A DNA stretch of 61,956 nt, filler included, from Choristocarpus tenellus KU-1152 (lineage: Eukaryota; Protista; Phaeophyceae), in assembly GCA_964200185.2 (NCBI GenBank). It is 11 parts of 11 records of this genome, joined end to end, with 100 filler letters (N's around TTAATTAATTAA, not from the genome) between each part and the next. Parts side by side here need not be neighbours in the genome. Positions count along the whole stretch, not along the records: positions 37,514 to 40,481 come from CAXNAD020023293.1; positions 40,582 to 43,321 come from CAXNAD020025157.1; positions 43,422 to 55,157 come from CAXNAD020002163.1; 8 more parts are not named here. One strand, written 5' to 3'. Shown one piece after another: positions 37,414 to 50,399 of the stretch (position 1 is its first letter; every line of letters begins with the position of its first letter). A program made the position numbers and the translations under genes. A model generated the notes under the pieces. It ran no database searches and was not told the DNA's origin. It worked only from the letters and a program-made list of their open reading frames with translations.

Positions 37414-39539
37414 NNNNNNNNNNNNNNNNNNNNNNNNNNNNNNNNNNNNNNNNNNNNTTAATTAATTAANNNNNNNNNNNNNNNNNNNNNNNNNNNNNNN
37501 NNNNNNNNNNNNNTGTGATTGTTATCAGTGCCTGATTGAGGGCCCCCCCCCCCCCCTCGTCTTGTATATTAGGCTTAGGGGATGATCCTCCACAACCAAG
37601 CCCACCTTCGACGCCATAAGAGCCCCTGAATGAAGAGAAGGCGGGAGTGAGTGCGTGTGTCCGGCATGCGTCAAACTTGACAGTGACATTACACAAGTAG
37701 TTATCGTAGGGATTCCTGAAATCTCATACCACTACCACTACAATAGTACAATGAGTGTGGAACGCAAGGCAAATAACAAATGCAAAAAAAGCAAACAATA
37801 GGAAATTCTGTAATAGAAGGAAAGACGGCAAAAATAATGTAGTGAAGACAAGTAACACCAGCATGCGATTCGCGTACAATGAAACAAAGAACTACGAAGG
37901 AACCGGGGGGAAAGAGCAAGAGACACAAAAGGAAATAGAAGGTATGAAGAACATAAAACAACATGGGGAAAGTGAAAAAGAAAGACACACGACATAATCC
38001 GCATCTCCTGGACGGTCGCACAATATTAGATGGGCACACGGACGGACTGATAACGGCCATGGCGAATCGCAATAGTCTCCTGCAATATACCCCGTATTCC
38101 AGCGCTGGCGAACTCTGCAACTCACTGTTTAGGCGGTGTAATTGCGCGGCCCACGGGTGGGGCACAAATAGCGCGATGGTGCCCTGAGGATGTATCTTCA
38201 CCTGCAAGCACTTAACAACCTGGCGCAAGTGTGTGTTGGTCGCCTCTTCGTCCTTAAGGAGTCTTGGCTCGGCGGCAATGGACACTATGGCGAGCTTTGG
38301 CACATTGCGGAAGGCGAACTCTTTCAGGCGGTCTAAGGGTACCGTAGGGTCGAGAGGTCGAAGGTTGTGTAGTGCAGTGTTCTCACTCTTGCTTGGACAT
38401 CATGACACACGACACAGTAGACATACAGCACGGCAAGAAGGACAGCGTCGTAAGCAACGGTGCAGGCAATTGTATCATTAAGTGAGGTCCTGACAATATT
38501 TCCACGGCATCTCCAAAGTGTTAAGCCGTACCCTCCACAATGCCAGACCCATCAGATACATCACGTGGAAGGAGGGTAGACGTCAAAACACTAAGTTCCA
38601 TGGCCCATGGAAACCTCCAAAAAAATGACACATCCAATGCACAAAGGACGAGCAATCCACATGATGTACAAGCAGCCAAGGCCTACGTGCAAACCAATGT
38701 GATGCCGAACACGCAGAGACGACTTGTATATCCGTGTAATGTGCAAACATGCCGAGACCCACATACACTTCTCCATGTCCGCCGTTTCTCTGCGTGAGGG
38801 GGGACGTAAAAGGCTTTGCCTGGTGGGTGACCCGCCCGCGCTCCTTGCGTGACCCTTACCCTTGCCCTTGCCCTTGCCCTTGCCCCTGCCCCGACCCGCC
38901 GCTTCGTTCCCCACCGATCCAGACCCTTCACTGCCTTCCTGTGCCATGGGGCAATTGATACATAATCGATCCTTGTGCCATGCGTGATGGAGCACTTTGG
39001 GCATGAATACCTGTCGCGCGTGTCATCGAACGAGAGCGTTAAATAGGCAGGATGGTATTTTTCCAAATCATTAATTGGGCGCAACAACGCAATGCGGGGA
39101 TCCACGGTTACGAAGGACCACGAAATTGGTGGCACAAAGCAGAGCACGAAGTAGTACAGGTGAGATACAACAGTCGATGATGTACGTGCATTAACACACA
39201 ATCGGACTGTGGAAAATAAAGAGACGTGAGGGTAACGACCGCAACGCCACACACAGAGGGTCCCTGCAAGTTCCACCGCTTCAATGGCGTGTGCTGCAGA
39301 AAAGATACAACGTAGTTAGCCGTTCGGGGGATTGGATGGAAACCAATCTTGCGCCATTAATTACCCACCATCCCCGTGTGCACCGTTACAACTACATTAC
39401 TCACCGAGACGTAGGTGGAGGATTGCATTTAGTACAGCAAATGCCCGCGTTCCACCCTCCATGGTCGTTTGTCCTTCTTCCGCACCAGGAACACTGCCAA
39501 CAGAACCACCTTCGCCCGTATCCTCCCTTTCTGGCAGTC

Positions 39540-39630
39540 CGTCCCCTCCCTCGTCTACATCCCCTCCATTGTGTTCGTCCCCTCCCTCGTCTCCATCCCC
39601 TCCTTTGTGTTCGCACCCTCCCTCGTCTTC
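39540..39630. repeat. 36-bp tandem repeat, about 2.5 units
   Basis: CGTCCCCTCCCTCGTCT(A/C)CATCCCCTCC(A/T)TTGTGTT units; the minus strand reads as an acidic GGDxDEGGDEH repeat. Confidence 0.8.
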
Positions 39631-40616
39631 TTTCTCACGGCCATCTGATGCCGATCCGTTCTTGCTCTCAACGTCTGCGCCGCCGCCATCACAGCCCCGC
39701 CTGCTGTGAACCCGGTGGAGGTTGACCTAGTTGAGGACATCCTGGTATTTCCCATCCCAGGTGGTGAGGTAAGCGCGTAGAGTCGAGTCCTTCTCGAGAA
39801 TCTGGTGGTGGACAGGGCGGGGGACGTTGTTGAGGAGAGGAGGGGAAGACGGTGACGTCAAAAATGGGAGAGTGTAATTGAAGTATGATAGCATGTCAAT
39901 CGAACAGAGCCAACGATACGGTTGACGTGGTGAACGTATTTAATGGAGGCGGCTTGCGGGGCGAAATAGTTTGAAAGAAGTCCATATCGAGGACGCCAGC
40001 CAGTCTGTAGGTTACGACAGTGACACGTATTGGAGGCAGAAACGAGGTGGAGATTGACCAAGATCGTTGTCTACAGTTGAAGGAAACGATTGGCTATTTC
40101 CACTATTAGCAACGAAAGACTAGAACTGACAAAGCAGCATCGTTTGTTGTAGGGAAGGCAACTCTGTTGCTCATGATGATGACGAAGACCCACCACCAAT
40201 TCTACCAAGCGTCAACTATATATATTTTTTACAAGCCATTTCAGCTGTAATTACGAACACAGGAGGCACACTCACGGCTCCGACCCGTTGCAGAGGTTTC
40301 ATTCCGACTAACGTGGAGATGTTTGCCCTCAGCTGCCGGACGGGCCCCGCTTGTTGGTCGCCAGATGAAACCTTCTGCAGAAGTTGGGCCACCTCCCTCT
40401 TCCTCTCCTCATAGTGGGGCTTGACCCAGAGGTCGTGCATATTGCACTTCTCATATGCGAGCCTGTCCATTTCCCTGGCAGNNNNNNNNNNNNNNNNNNN
40501 NNNNNNNNNNNNNNNNNNNNNNNNNTTAATTAATTAANNNNNNNNNNNNNNNNNNNNNNNNNNNNNNNNNNNNNNNNNNNNCCCATAACCCCGCTCATAC
40601 ACACACACACATTCAC

Positions 40617-42802
40617 CTGACAGCCTGACGGATGCTGTTTGGACCAGAACACGCCTCCCTCAGTTCATTCTCAACACAAGAGTCATCCTCCCCCCCCCAG
40701 CTGTCACCTCCCATCTTATTTTTTACGTTTTCACGAAGCATGGAGGCCATGAGGTCAGCCCCCATCTTTCGAGGGGTCGCAGCCTGTCAAAATATAAAAT
40801 ATAAAATATATTAGTGAGAAAAAAAATATATATATATAAAAAATAATCATGCGATGCCGAAAATTTGTATACACATAAATATAAATATATATATATATAT
40901 ATATATAATTTGTGTCAACAAATTGAAAGAACAGAGAACAAATTACTCTCTGTTGCATACACACACACACATATATATTTATATATATATAATTTGTGTC
41001 AACAAATTGAAAGAACAGAGAACAAATAACGCTCTTTAGTTAGGAATAATAGTTAGGAATAATAATTACCAATTAGCGTGAGACATTATTTTAGGTTTAA
41101 ATCGTGTGCTGTTTAATTGTGGAAAATATGGATTTTGATCATACGTTAATACATAGACGCCTGCATACAAAATACATACACGCCTGCATACAAAACACAC
41201 CAATCAATCAATGCAGGCAATTGTCTAAGCCCTAAGAAGTTTGAAGTTGGTAAGCAAGAAAACAACAATAATAAAAATAATGATAATAATAATAATGATA
41301 ATAATAATAATAATGACAACATAACAATGTATTATCAATATAGTAAAAAAATAATCGAAATCGAATCGAAATTGAAAATAAAATAAATAAAACACAACAA
41401 ACGTTAGTCAATGCTGTGCCTTCAATTCATACACACACACAAACACATTGGTATCACACTCCTTTCAGGGATCATCACCAAAATAAACAAAAAAAACTCA
41501 ACACCCTCCGCCAAAGTCATGAGGAGTGTGATGTGATACCTTAATAACGCCTCCACAAATACATCAAAACCCATACTAGCTTACATCTCTCTATGCATTA
41601 CGGTTGAACATCAACGCTACTAACATTATCAACACTAACATTATCAACACTAACAATATCAACATCAACCACAGATACAACTGCATACGCCTCCTCTCTT
41701 CAGCATCAGTTTGACTGGTTTGCAGGTATCAGGAAGGCGTTTCTTGCAGATGTACAGTGGACAGAGTCAAACAAGATTCATAGGCATTACAATAAGATTC
41801 ATTGGTATTACAATAAGGTTCATTCCGATCCCACTGAGATATTTGAGATATTAGGGTAACCTCAAATTACAAATGGTTACTCCAAGGCCCCCATATATAT
41901 ATATATATATTCACATCTTGTGTATTTATAGGTAAAAATAATTCTCAACAGAGAAAGCACTTCCCAACACACCAATACACAAACACATACACAAACACAT
42001 ACACAAACACATACACACACACATACATACAACCTTTCTTACCATAGTAATGAAGGTAATAAAGAGAGGCTGTTCTTGTTCAATGTGACTTCAATATTCT
42101 TGTTCAATCCAATACCAAAAGTCGTATCACACCATAGTTAACAGATAGGGTTAGGGTTAACCTATCACAAACCTTCCAACAGAAGAGGCCTTAGCAGACA
42201 CACCATAGTTAGCTGATAGGGTTAGGGTTAACCGATATATACACCTCCACCACAGTTAGCTGATATATTCATACTTCACTAACTCAAGAACAAGGATGCC
42301 ATTAGGAAGAATTGCATGTCAGGAGTTGCACCCTACTACCCATCCATCCATCCATCCATCCATCTGTCTCTTGTATCTATCATATACCTACACAGCTTGA
42401 AGTACACCAACCTTATGTTAATAGTTAACATTATTTTCAAATAAAAACGATGTTATTTTTATAGTTACTGCCTCTTTATTAACTATATAAACGTGCACTA
42501 TAATTAGTTAAATGAATACTATAATTACACTATGTTAGTGATTAAAGGACATCAGAAAATAGAGCATCAGAACCAAAGTGGTAAAACAAACAAAAAATCG
42601 AAAAAGAATAATAAGAACAATAATAATCGCAATACGAAAGAGAATAATAATACTAAGATAATAATAACAAGAATACCTCTGCCATGTGGATGCGGCTGGG
42701 ATGAACAAATTCCAGGAGATTCTGTATGCAACCAGGGGCATCCTTCTCCCTACAGAGAGCTAGCACCACTCGAAAATCGTGCCCGGAGAAGTCCCTACTT
42801 GC
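40617..42802 (-). CDS. Two internal exons of a folylpolyglutamate/dihydrofolate synthase (FolC-like) C-terminal domain
   Basis: Exon 42802-42677 (ASRDFSGHDFRVVLALCREKDAPGCIQNLLEFVHPSRIHMAE) splices in phase 0 to exon 40783-40617 (AATPRKMGADLMASML...SIRQAVR). Resembles the FolC pattern VVxGxxxDKD...HxxxxxxPRA...SxxxA. Confidence 0.55.
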
Positions 42803-45800
42803 CTTCAGGGTTGTAAGACAAGAGAGGGGAGGAAGGGAAGGGTTACATTTGAACAAGGGTGCAGACGTAATTTATCATATTATATGCACTATTGTTTATC
42901 TCTTATTATTTGTACTACTATTTTATCTTATTACTTGTACTATTGTTTATCTCTTACTATTTCTACTAATGTTCTTCCTATTACTGTTAAATATATTGTT
43001 ATTAATAATAAAATATTAATTTTGTTACACCATTGTTCATCTCTTACTATACCACTACTGTACTACTGTACTTGCTATTGCTGTTAAACATATTGTTATT
43101 AACAATAAAATACTATTTTTGTTACACTATTGCATATCTCTTAGTATATCTACCACTACAATTATTTATTTCTAACTTCAAATTGAAGTGAAACACTATA
43201 GTCCAGAAAAATGAAAAATATTCTTGTCCGAATTGGGAAATTCAGAATATATTTTTGTTTTTTCTTACCAAAATTGTTTTAACTTTTTCAAATACATCCC
43301 TTCTCCTGCCCACCCCCCCCCNNNNNNNNNNNNNNNNNNNNNNNNNNNNNNNNNNNNNNNNNNNNTTAATTAATTAANNNNNNNNNNNNNNNNNNNNNNN
43401 NNNNNNNNNNNNNNNNNNNNNCCCCCCCTCCCAGATACTTTGGGCCAGGTCAATTGATAAACACATATTGCTTAACGTTGGATGTGACTAACCCTAAACC
43501 CCTACCTCAATTAACCTTAATCCTACTCGATCAAGGCGATGAACCCACAAGAGATGAACCAACCCAATCCGCACTTCACCACAAACCAACACCCAAAACA
43601 CCCCTAACCCAGCCACAGAAAGGCTACTTTTGCAACATCTAAGCGCTAAGTACATACGCTACATGCAGACTACGCAATATTCCACTGAAACAAGACCAAA
43701 CCTCCAAGACTAAATACATTCGAATATGCCTTTCCCAACATTTTCATACGATTTTCCAACACTTATACAAGGGGCCATTTGGACGCCCCAGTGCAGCCCC
43801 CCCCCCCCCCCAGATACTTTGGTCCTGGTAAGACCATGGAATTAGAAGAAGGCGGGCTGATGATATTTGTATCCTTTCTAAGTGAGCGTTCATAGAGACA
43901 TCATCTGATATTGGACTCATCGACTCCCATCGTAATCCAACCTCCACCAAATCATCCATCGATTCCCATCATCCTTCAATAGGTATCTGACCCCATGTTG
44001 AGTCGTAACAGATACGAAAGAATATTTTGTTATGATTGTAGTAGTTTTGTATATTGCCCCAGTATAAATTTACGTAGTCCTTCATTCACATCAACAGGAA
44101 ATTCCATGTCTCCCTGCAGAGTTCATTCTAAAACGTAGGATTTCACGTTATCTCTGTACTTGTGGAGGACGTTGGTGTGGATGATTTTGCCGTGTACCTA
44201 TTATACCTCCCATCCATTACCACAATATGTTATGTTCGAGGTACACGTCACCATCGCCTCCAGTCAATCTCACTTGTACAACAACAGATCTTTCGTAGAC
44301 ATGGCCCTCACCAAGGTTGATAACCTCTAACGTGCTTACCCTCGTCACCCTGAACAAGTACACACACGGCATCTATGTATGAAATACTTGGAGTATCTCG
44401 CTACCTTCAGTCTTGATTTCTCTATCTGACTCTCAATAAACTTCATTGCACTTGGGCAGTGGTGCTCGTCGTACAAGAACACAATGATACTCCTCCAGCG
44501 TTCACCCTTCTAGTACTCATTTTCAGCGTATCACATGTACACCCCTGCCCTTTCGTCCTTGAAATTTTCTGCGAGAGGATGATTTCACCTCTTATTAAAT
44601 CAAGGTTATGGTTTGTGATATTTCCTTTTTGACTTCTCTTGCCTCTTGCCACCCTAGTCCAGCAATCACCTCCGTTTTTCATATCACCGAATTTTAGTGT
44701 GTGTGATCTTGTATCATCTTTCACATAGGAATATTTCATATTTGTCTTCTTGGCTGGATTGGAAGATGAGAATTGCAGGCCTCTCTCTCATTACTGCAAT
44801 TAACATCTGAGGAGATCAGGGTAAGCGGTAGTCCGATAGTTACTGTAAGAATCGGATCCAGAGTCCGTATTTGAACTTGTGCTTGTGAATCTATTTGGTG
44901 TAAACTACCCGGCATCCAGGGAGTAACATGGTCTCCACCCAACTGTCATTCAAACTACAAACCAGACATCTCTTCTGCTCTAGTTCGATCCTATAAATCA
45001 CATTAGGAGGACTACTGCTATTATAGTCTTGGGCCCCCGAGGAAATTCATCCGCTAACACTCTAATAGACTCATCACTCACACATATTACAAGGGTAGTC
45101 TCAATGGAAAACAGACGAAACATATCATCAAACAATGTAACTCTTGTAAAACAAAACAGCAGCAAAATCAAAGAAGTTTGCACAGCCACCAGGTGAAGTG
45201 CTAGCAGAATGGTGGCCTTCACCATCCAGTTTCCACTTCCTGAACTCTCACCAATCCAGACCGCCATCCACAACATTAAAGCTTTATCTCATACTCCCCT
45301 TGTACTCTCGATCAGTCCAGGAGATACTATTCTCAACACCCCCCAGCTCTTGGACTGGGGGTAGATACGGTGTGTCTTCTAGTCCTTGGAGATGTGAAGG
45401 GAAGTATGTACAAAATAGGACAATAGTGAGGTGTGTACCTTACTTTGTGCACGTGAGATTATTGCGTTGAATGGAGTCCAAATGATGTCACTAACAGAGT
45501 ACATCTGAACTATCTATTGGAGTTTGGTGTTGTGGTAAACCTGTTCTGACACAAATAATAATAAAGAAACAAGCAATAGAGACCATACAAAGGTCACACT
45601 TCTAATTTCATCCACCTAGTCTTCACGTTCAGCAAATGGGGGCGGTGTGAGGCTCCACACCTTCTTGTCTTTACTACTGATAAATAGCAATACCTTCCAA
45701 GGTCAATTGCACAGGCTGTGAACCTTAGTAGTATGGAGACTGACCTGAAGAAGCTTGCTGTCTGGATTGGGGCCATGTTAAAACATAGGCTACTCACTTG

Positions 45801-46528
45801 TTTCTTGTTGATATGATACAAAACCTGTCAGCTTGTACTGACAGTTGATTGGTGCACTGCTCTGGTTGTAATTGTCCATTAATTTATTGCGCATCCCAAC
45901 TCATCATCACATCGATGACAGTAGATAGAAGTATAGCATTAGTTGATATTCAGTTGATACACAGCACACACAGGAACATCATAGCACGTGTCATCCAAGT
46001 TACTTCGGAACTTGTTCCAAGCACATTCCACTGCTAGCTTTTGTTTTTCTTTACTCTTTGTTGTTGTATGTGATCTCTGTTCTTTTTATTATAAGCATAA
46101 GACATCAGATGCAAGTTAACTGTTGGTTATTATTTTCTCATTGGTTGTCATTACCCTCTCTGAGCGCCTCAAGCTCACTCTGCAATAGTGCCCCTGACGC
46201 ACACTTGGATGTAATACATATCGAGTTAAAACCATCTACGGAAACCCTTGCTAGCCAAGGTAAAAAGCCTCTCTACCGAGCATAGACTTGTTTCGTTGAT
46301 TATCTCATGAAATAAGACTGAATTTACATCACATCATTCTTGACTGAGAGACCAATGACTTCAGTTGCGACAGAATAAATACATCAGTGCTTTGCAGCAC
46401 AACCACATCTACTCATACCACAGACTACGCATTTTACTCATCGGTGCTTTACAATTCCATGATTCCTCTTCACTAGTAGTCTACGCATTTCGCTTACATA
46501 TAAAATGCATTCGATTCAGGCTTCAACA

Positions 46529-49440
46529 GGTTATGAGTCTCAACACTTGATCGACACATATCACACCCAATCCTCCCGACCTTCTCTTGTACTGCCCCCA
46601 CTTCCCTCCCTCACCCCACTAGATAACTTCACGACCTCATCATGGAACGCACCCTAAAGCTCCCGATCTTCACTGGCAACGACTCCTCCTGGGACACCTT
46701 CAAACTTGACCTCGTGGGCATTCTGAGCTGTGTTGCACCTAAGGCCCATACAGTTCTTGTCTAGCACCCGTTACGTCCCGCCGCTACCAACGCCTCACCC
46801 ATCACCACCTGTGAAGAGGACAACGATCAGCTCTTCAGCATCCTCCTTGCTACCTGCCGTGGACACGCCAAGGACCTATCCATGGACTTTAACAACGCGA
46901 TGAGACCCAACTGAACGATGGGCTGTCAAAATGGCAGGCCCTCAAGTCCAAGTACGAAGCAGCCACGTAGCAACGGATGCGCGCTGTTCATCGTTGATTC
47001 GAGCACTGTACCATGGAAACTGGTGAGGACCCCGATCAGTGACTTCTACGCCTTTACAAGGCTAAAGCTGAGCTGGAGGGGTTCGGCGAAACGATTAGCG
47101 ATTTTCGCCTACGGGCTGCAATCATCTCTGGCCTCTCGCCGGACTATGATGCACTTCGCAGCCAAGTTCGTTTCCAGTCCGAGTACTCCACAGAGGACCT
47201 TACAACAGCAATTCGGGCTATGTATAACGACCTGAATCTTGCTGACTCCTCCACTGACGGTGCTCCCAACCTTTCTCTGTCCGCCAAGACCCACCCCTGT
47301 AGACGCTACAACCAACCTGACCACCATTACCGTCACTGCCCCAACCGCCCCTCCACTTCAGGCACACCCCCAACTGCTCCCACTCCACCACCACATCACA
47401 CCCACTACCCACCCACTAGCATGTGGTGTTCCTTCCACATGACCTCCACCCACACTGACCAAGAATGCCACGACCCAAACCGCCACATTTCCCGACCGAC
47501 CGTCCCTCATCCACTCAACGCACCACCAACCATTACCAATCAGACAGTCACCACTTCGATCACTACCTCAGCACCATCAGATGGCTGGGCTCCAGATGCA
47601 AATGGCCACTACTCCTACTGTTTTTCCACCACCAAAGCTCACCACACACAACTCCAGTACAAGATCCACACCCAACAGAACTCACCTCCTTCATAGTTGA
47701 CTCTGGCTGCACAACCCACATGGCCGATCTCACTCTCCTTTCCACCCACCACCATTTCCTATCCAATTTTACCTCCCTTGCCCACCCCATCATCGTCTTG
47801 GGCATCGGGAACCTACACCTCACAGCACATCGGCAAGCTCTCTTCACAGGACTGCTGCAGCACCCCCCATCATGGCCTTCACGCTCCAGATTCGCTGTTC
47901 TGCCGGTACCTGGACTCGGTCGTCATTTGTACTCCTCATGTGCTGCGGCAACAACTGGCTGGACCACTGTGATCGCCTACCAACCGCACCTCATCAATGG
48001 CAAGACCCGCATACCACTACAAACTCTGGGCTCCTTGTACTACCTGGAGTTCTTCGCCTGTCCTGCCACCCCCTCACCACCCGACCCTATTATCCCTCCT
48101 GTACTCCAAGCACCACCTACCCCCACCCCTGCCACACTCACCTCTCCCATTGCACATACCCCACCATCAACTACACCTTCCTCAGCATTTTCCACATTGC
48201 TCCTCTGGCACCACCACCTAGCCCACCTCAATGACCGCGACCTGCAACACCTTAAATCCCACCACCCTGCCGATCTTACCTTCCCACAACAGAACACCTC
48301 CCTCCATGCTCCTCCTGTGCCATGAACAATTCCACCCATCAACCCCATTCCAAAATTTCCATCAAGCCACACCCGGCACCCCCCAGAAGTTGTCCACACC
48401 GAAGCCACTGGGCCAGTGTCACCACCGTCCTTCTCTGGGAGCCGCTACACTGTCATCTACACGGATTCTGCGACCCGCATGCGCCACATCTACTTCATTC
48501 GATCCAAGTCTGGCTTGTTCAACACCCTTCGGCTACCGCACTGATGTTACTGCTAACACTGGGTACCGCATCAAGATTCTACGCTTGGACAACGGTGGCG
48601 AGGGCACAGGACGCGACATCTCCACCTACTGCACCCACCACAATGTCCGCCAAGAATTTACAAATCCCTACACCCCCCAAGACAATGGCCTGGCTGAACG
48701 TCAGTTGACGCACCATCCTCCCCAAAGAACGCTCCATCTTCAACAACACCGACGTGCCCAAGCAACTTTGGACTTGGCTGTTGCCACGGCCACCCTCAAC
48801 TACGACACCCCCTACCACGCCTGCACAAAACCCACCCTGACCTGTCTACCTCCGCGTCTTCGGTTCTCGGGCCTATGTACACCATGACCACTCCCACGGA
48901 GGTAAAATGGCGTCTACAGCATAGACAGGACGCATGGTTGGCTACTGCACGCACAGCACTGGGTATTGTATCTGGAGCCCCACACTAACAAAGTATTAAA
49001 CACCCGTCATGTCGCTCTTATTGAAGAAATCCCATCCACACTCTCACTGCCCAACTCAGACCCAGATCAACCCACCTCCCTCATTTTCCCAACTCCCACC
49101 CCCACCAGTACCCCCACTACCCTTCCCACCCCCATCATCTGATCCCACTCACCTTACAACCACAACCTCAGACCAACCATGCACACACCCCATTCCCACA
49201 GCCTCACCTTCTGTCCCACTGACTACTCCAGCCAATATTACCATCCCACCTCCCACTTCATCACCACCACCAACTACCATCGCACACAATCCCGTGAACT
49301 TCATCGGATCGGCTCATTTAACAACCCAGGTCTTCGCGAGGAGGTCTCTCTTGCCACTACCAATCTATTTGACTGCCCGGACATCCTTGCTGGGGCCCAC
49401 AACCCCTATATCCAACATATTTCAATCTTCTTTTGTCCAC
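46529..49440 (+). mobile_element. Decayed Ty1/Copia element: PBS, gag, protease and integrase; RT missing (truncated at a MITE fragment)
   Basis: CAACA|GGTTATGAGTC at 46524-46539 resembles an LTR end plus the copia half-tRNAiMet PBS. gag starts at ATG 46642 (DGLSKWQALKSKYE; AIISGLSPDYD). Zn-knuckle remnants, FIVDSGCTTHM, LWHHHLAHLN, IKILRLDNGGE..PYTPQDNGLAER. Many stops and frameshifts. Confidence 0.88.
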
Positions 49441-49442
49441 TC

Positions 49443-49506
49443 TGGGAAGTCAAGCCCCAAATGGACAAACAGGGAAAAAGTAGTACCCTCTAAGATGTTT
49501 TCAGTC
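49443..49506 (+). mobile_element. MITE family A, right-end fragment A7
   Basis: GGGAAGTCAAGCCCCAAATGGACAAACAGGG...TACCCTCTAAGATGTTTTCAGTC. Confidence 0.8.
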
Positions 49507-49912
49507 CTAGGTTGTCCCCGAGGGTGGTGCATGCGATTACCATGCCTCCTGGTCGGGTCTGGAGAAGGGTGACTTCTCTCTCGTGAGCGGCGCTCGTTTT
49601 GGACTTGAACTTCTGGATGTCGTGCTCGTATGTGGCGTTCTTGTCTGTGGTGATCACAATGATTGTGACTCTAGTTATCTCTGTGATGGCGGAGGAGTAG
49701 GCAAAGGACGCGGCGAAATAGGGGTCAAAACAATGGGAGGAAGTACTAGCGTTAGGAGGCAAGGAACGAGATAGAGGTTGGTGAGAAGGAGTAAGCGAGG
49801 CAGGATACAGAGTAGGAGGCAGGGGCTGAGGAAAGGATGGATGGATCAGAGTACTTGCGGTTCGTTAAACTTGGGCGGATTATTTGAGCCCATAGAACAG
49901 GAATACAAATAA

Positions 49913-50156
49913 GAGTCAAAGTATCTTAGAGGGTAGAGCCGCGTCCATTTGGGGCCCAAAATCCAATGTTGTAATTTTGATGATGTAATTTTGGCTATCA
50001 TGTTTGTTAGGAGATGTCAATATGCTTGTTCCGCACACACCTTTTCATAATATAAACAATTTACCTACTCCGGAACATCTTGGAGTAGGTAAATTGTCAT
50101 TAAAAACCCGTAGGAAGCCAAGCCCCAAATGGACAAACAGGGCAGAAATCGTACCC
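49913..50156 (+). mobile_element. MITE family A, copy A8 (right TIR truncated)
   Basis: Left TIR intact; ends at GTACCC; perfect 16-bp hairpin arms at 50056-50071 and 50082-50097. Confidence 0.88.
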
Positions 50157-50399
50157 AGGGTGAAGAGGATGCGTATGGGATTAGCATGTAACCGCGACAT
50201 AATTTCCTTTCTTTTGCCGGGTTCTGTCGATCGGTACACAACACAGCGAAAGTTTGAATCAATCTGTTCGATGAGCAATTTCGCAACAAGTAAAACCAGA
50301 GAACCCGGTGACAATGTTCGTTGTGAAACTGTCGAATGTTGGTAAGATCTGTGAGTGTCTAGGTTGTGTGTTTGGTGTAGGGAACCATGTTCGGATGTT

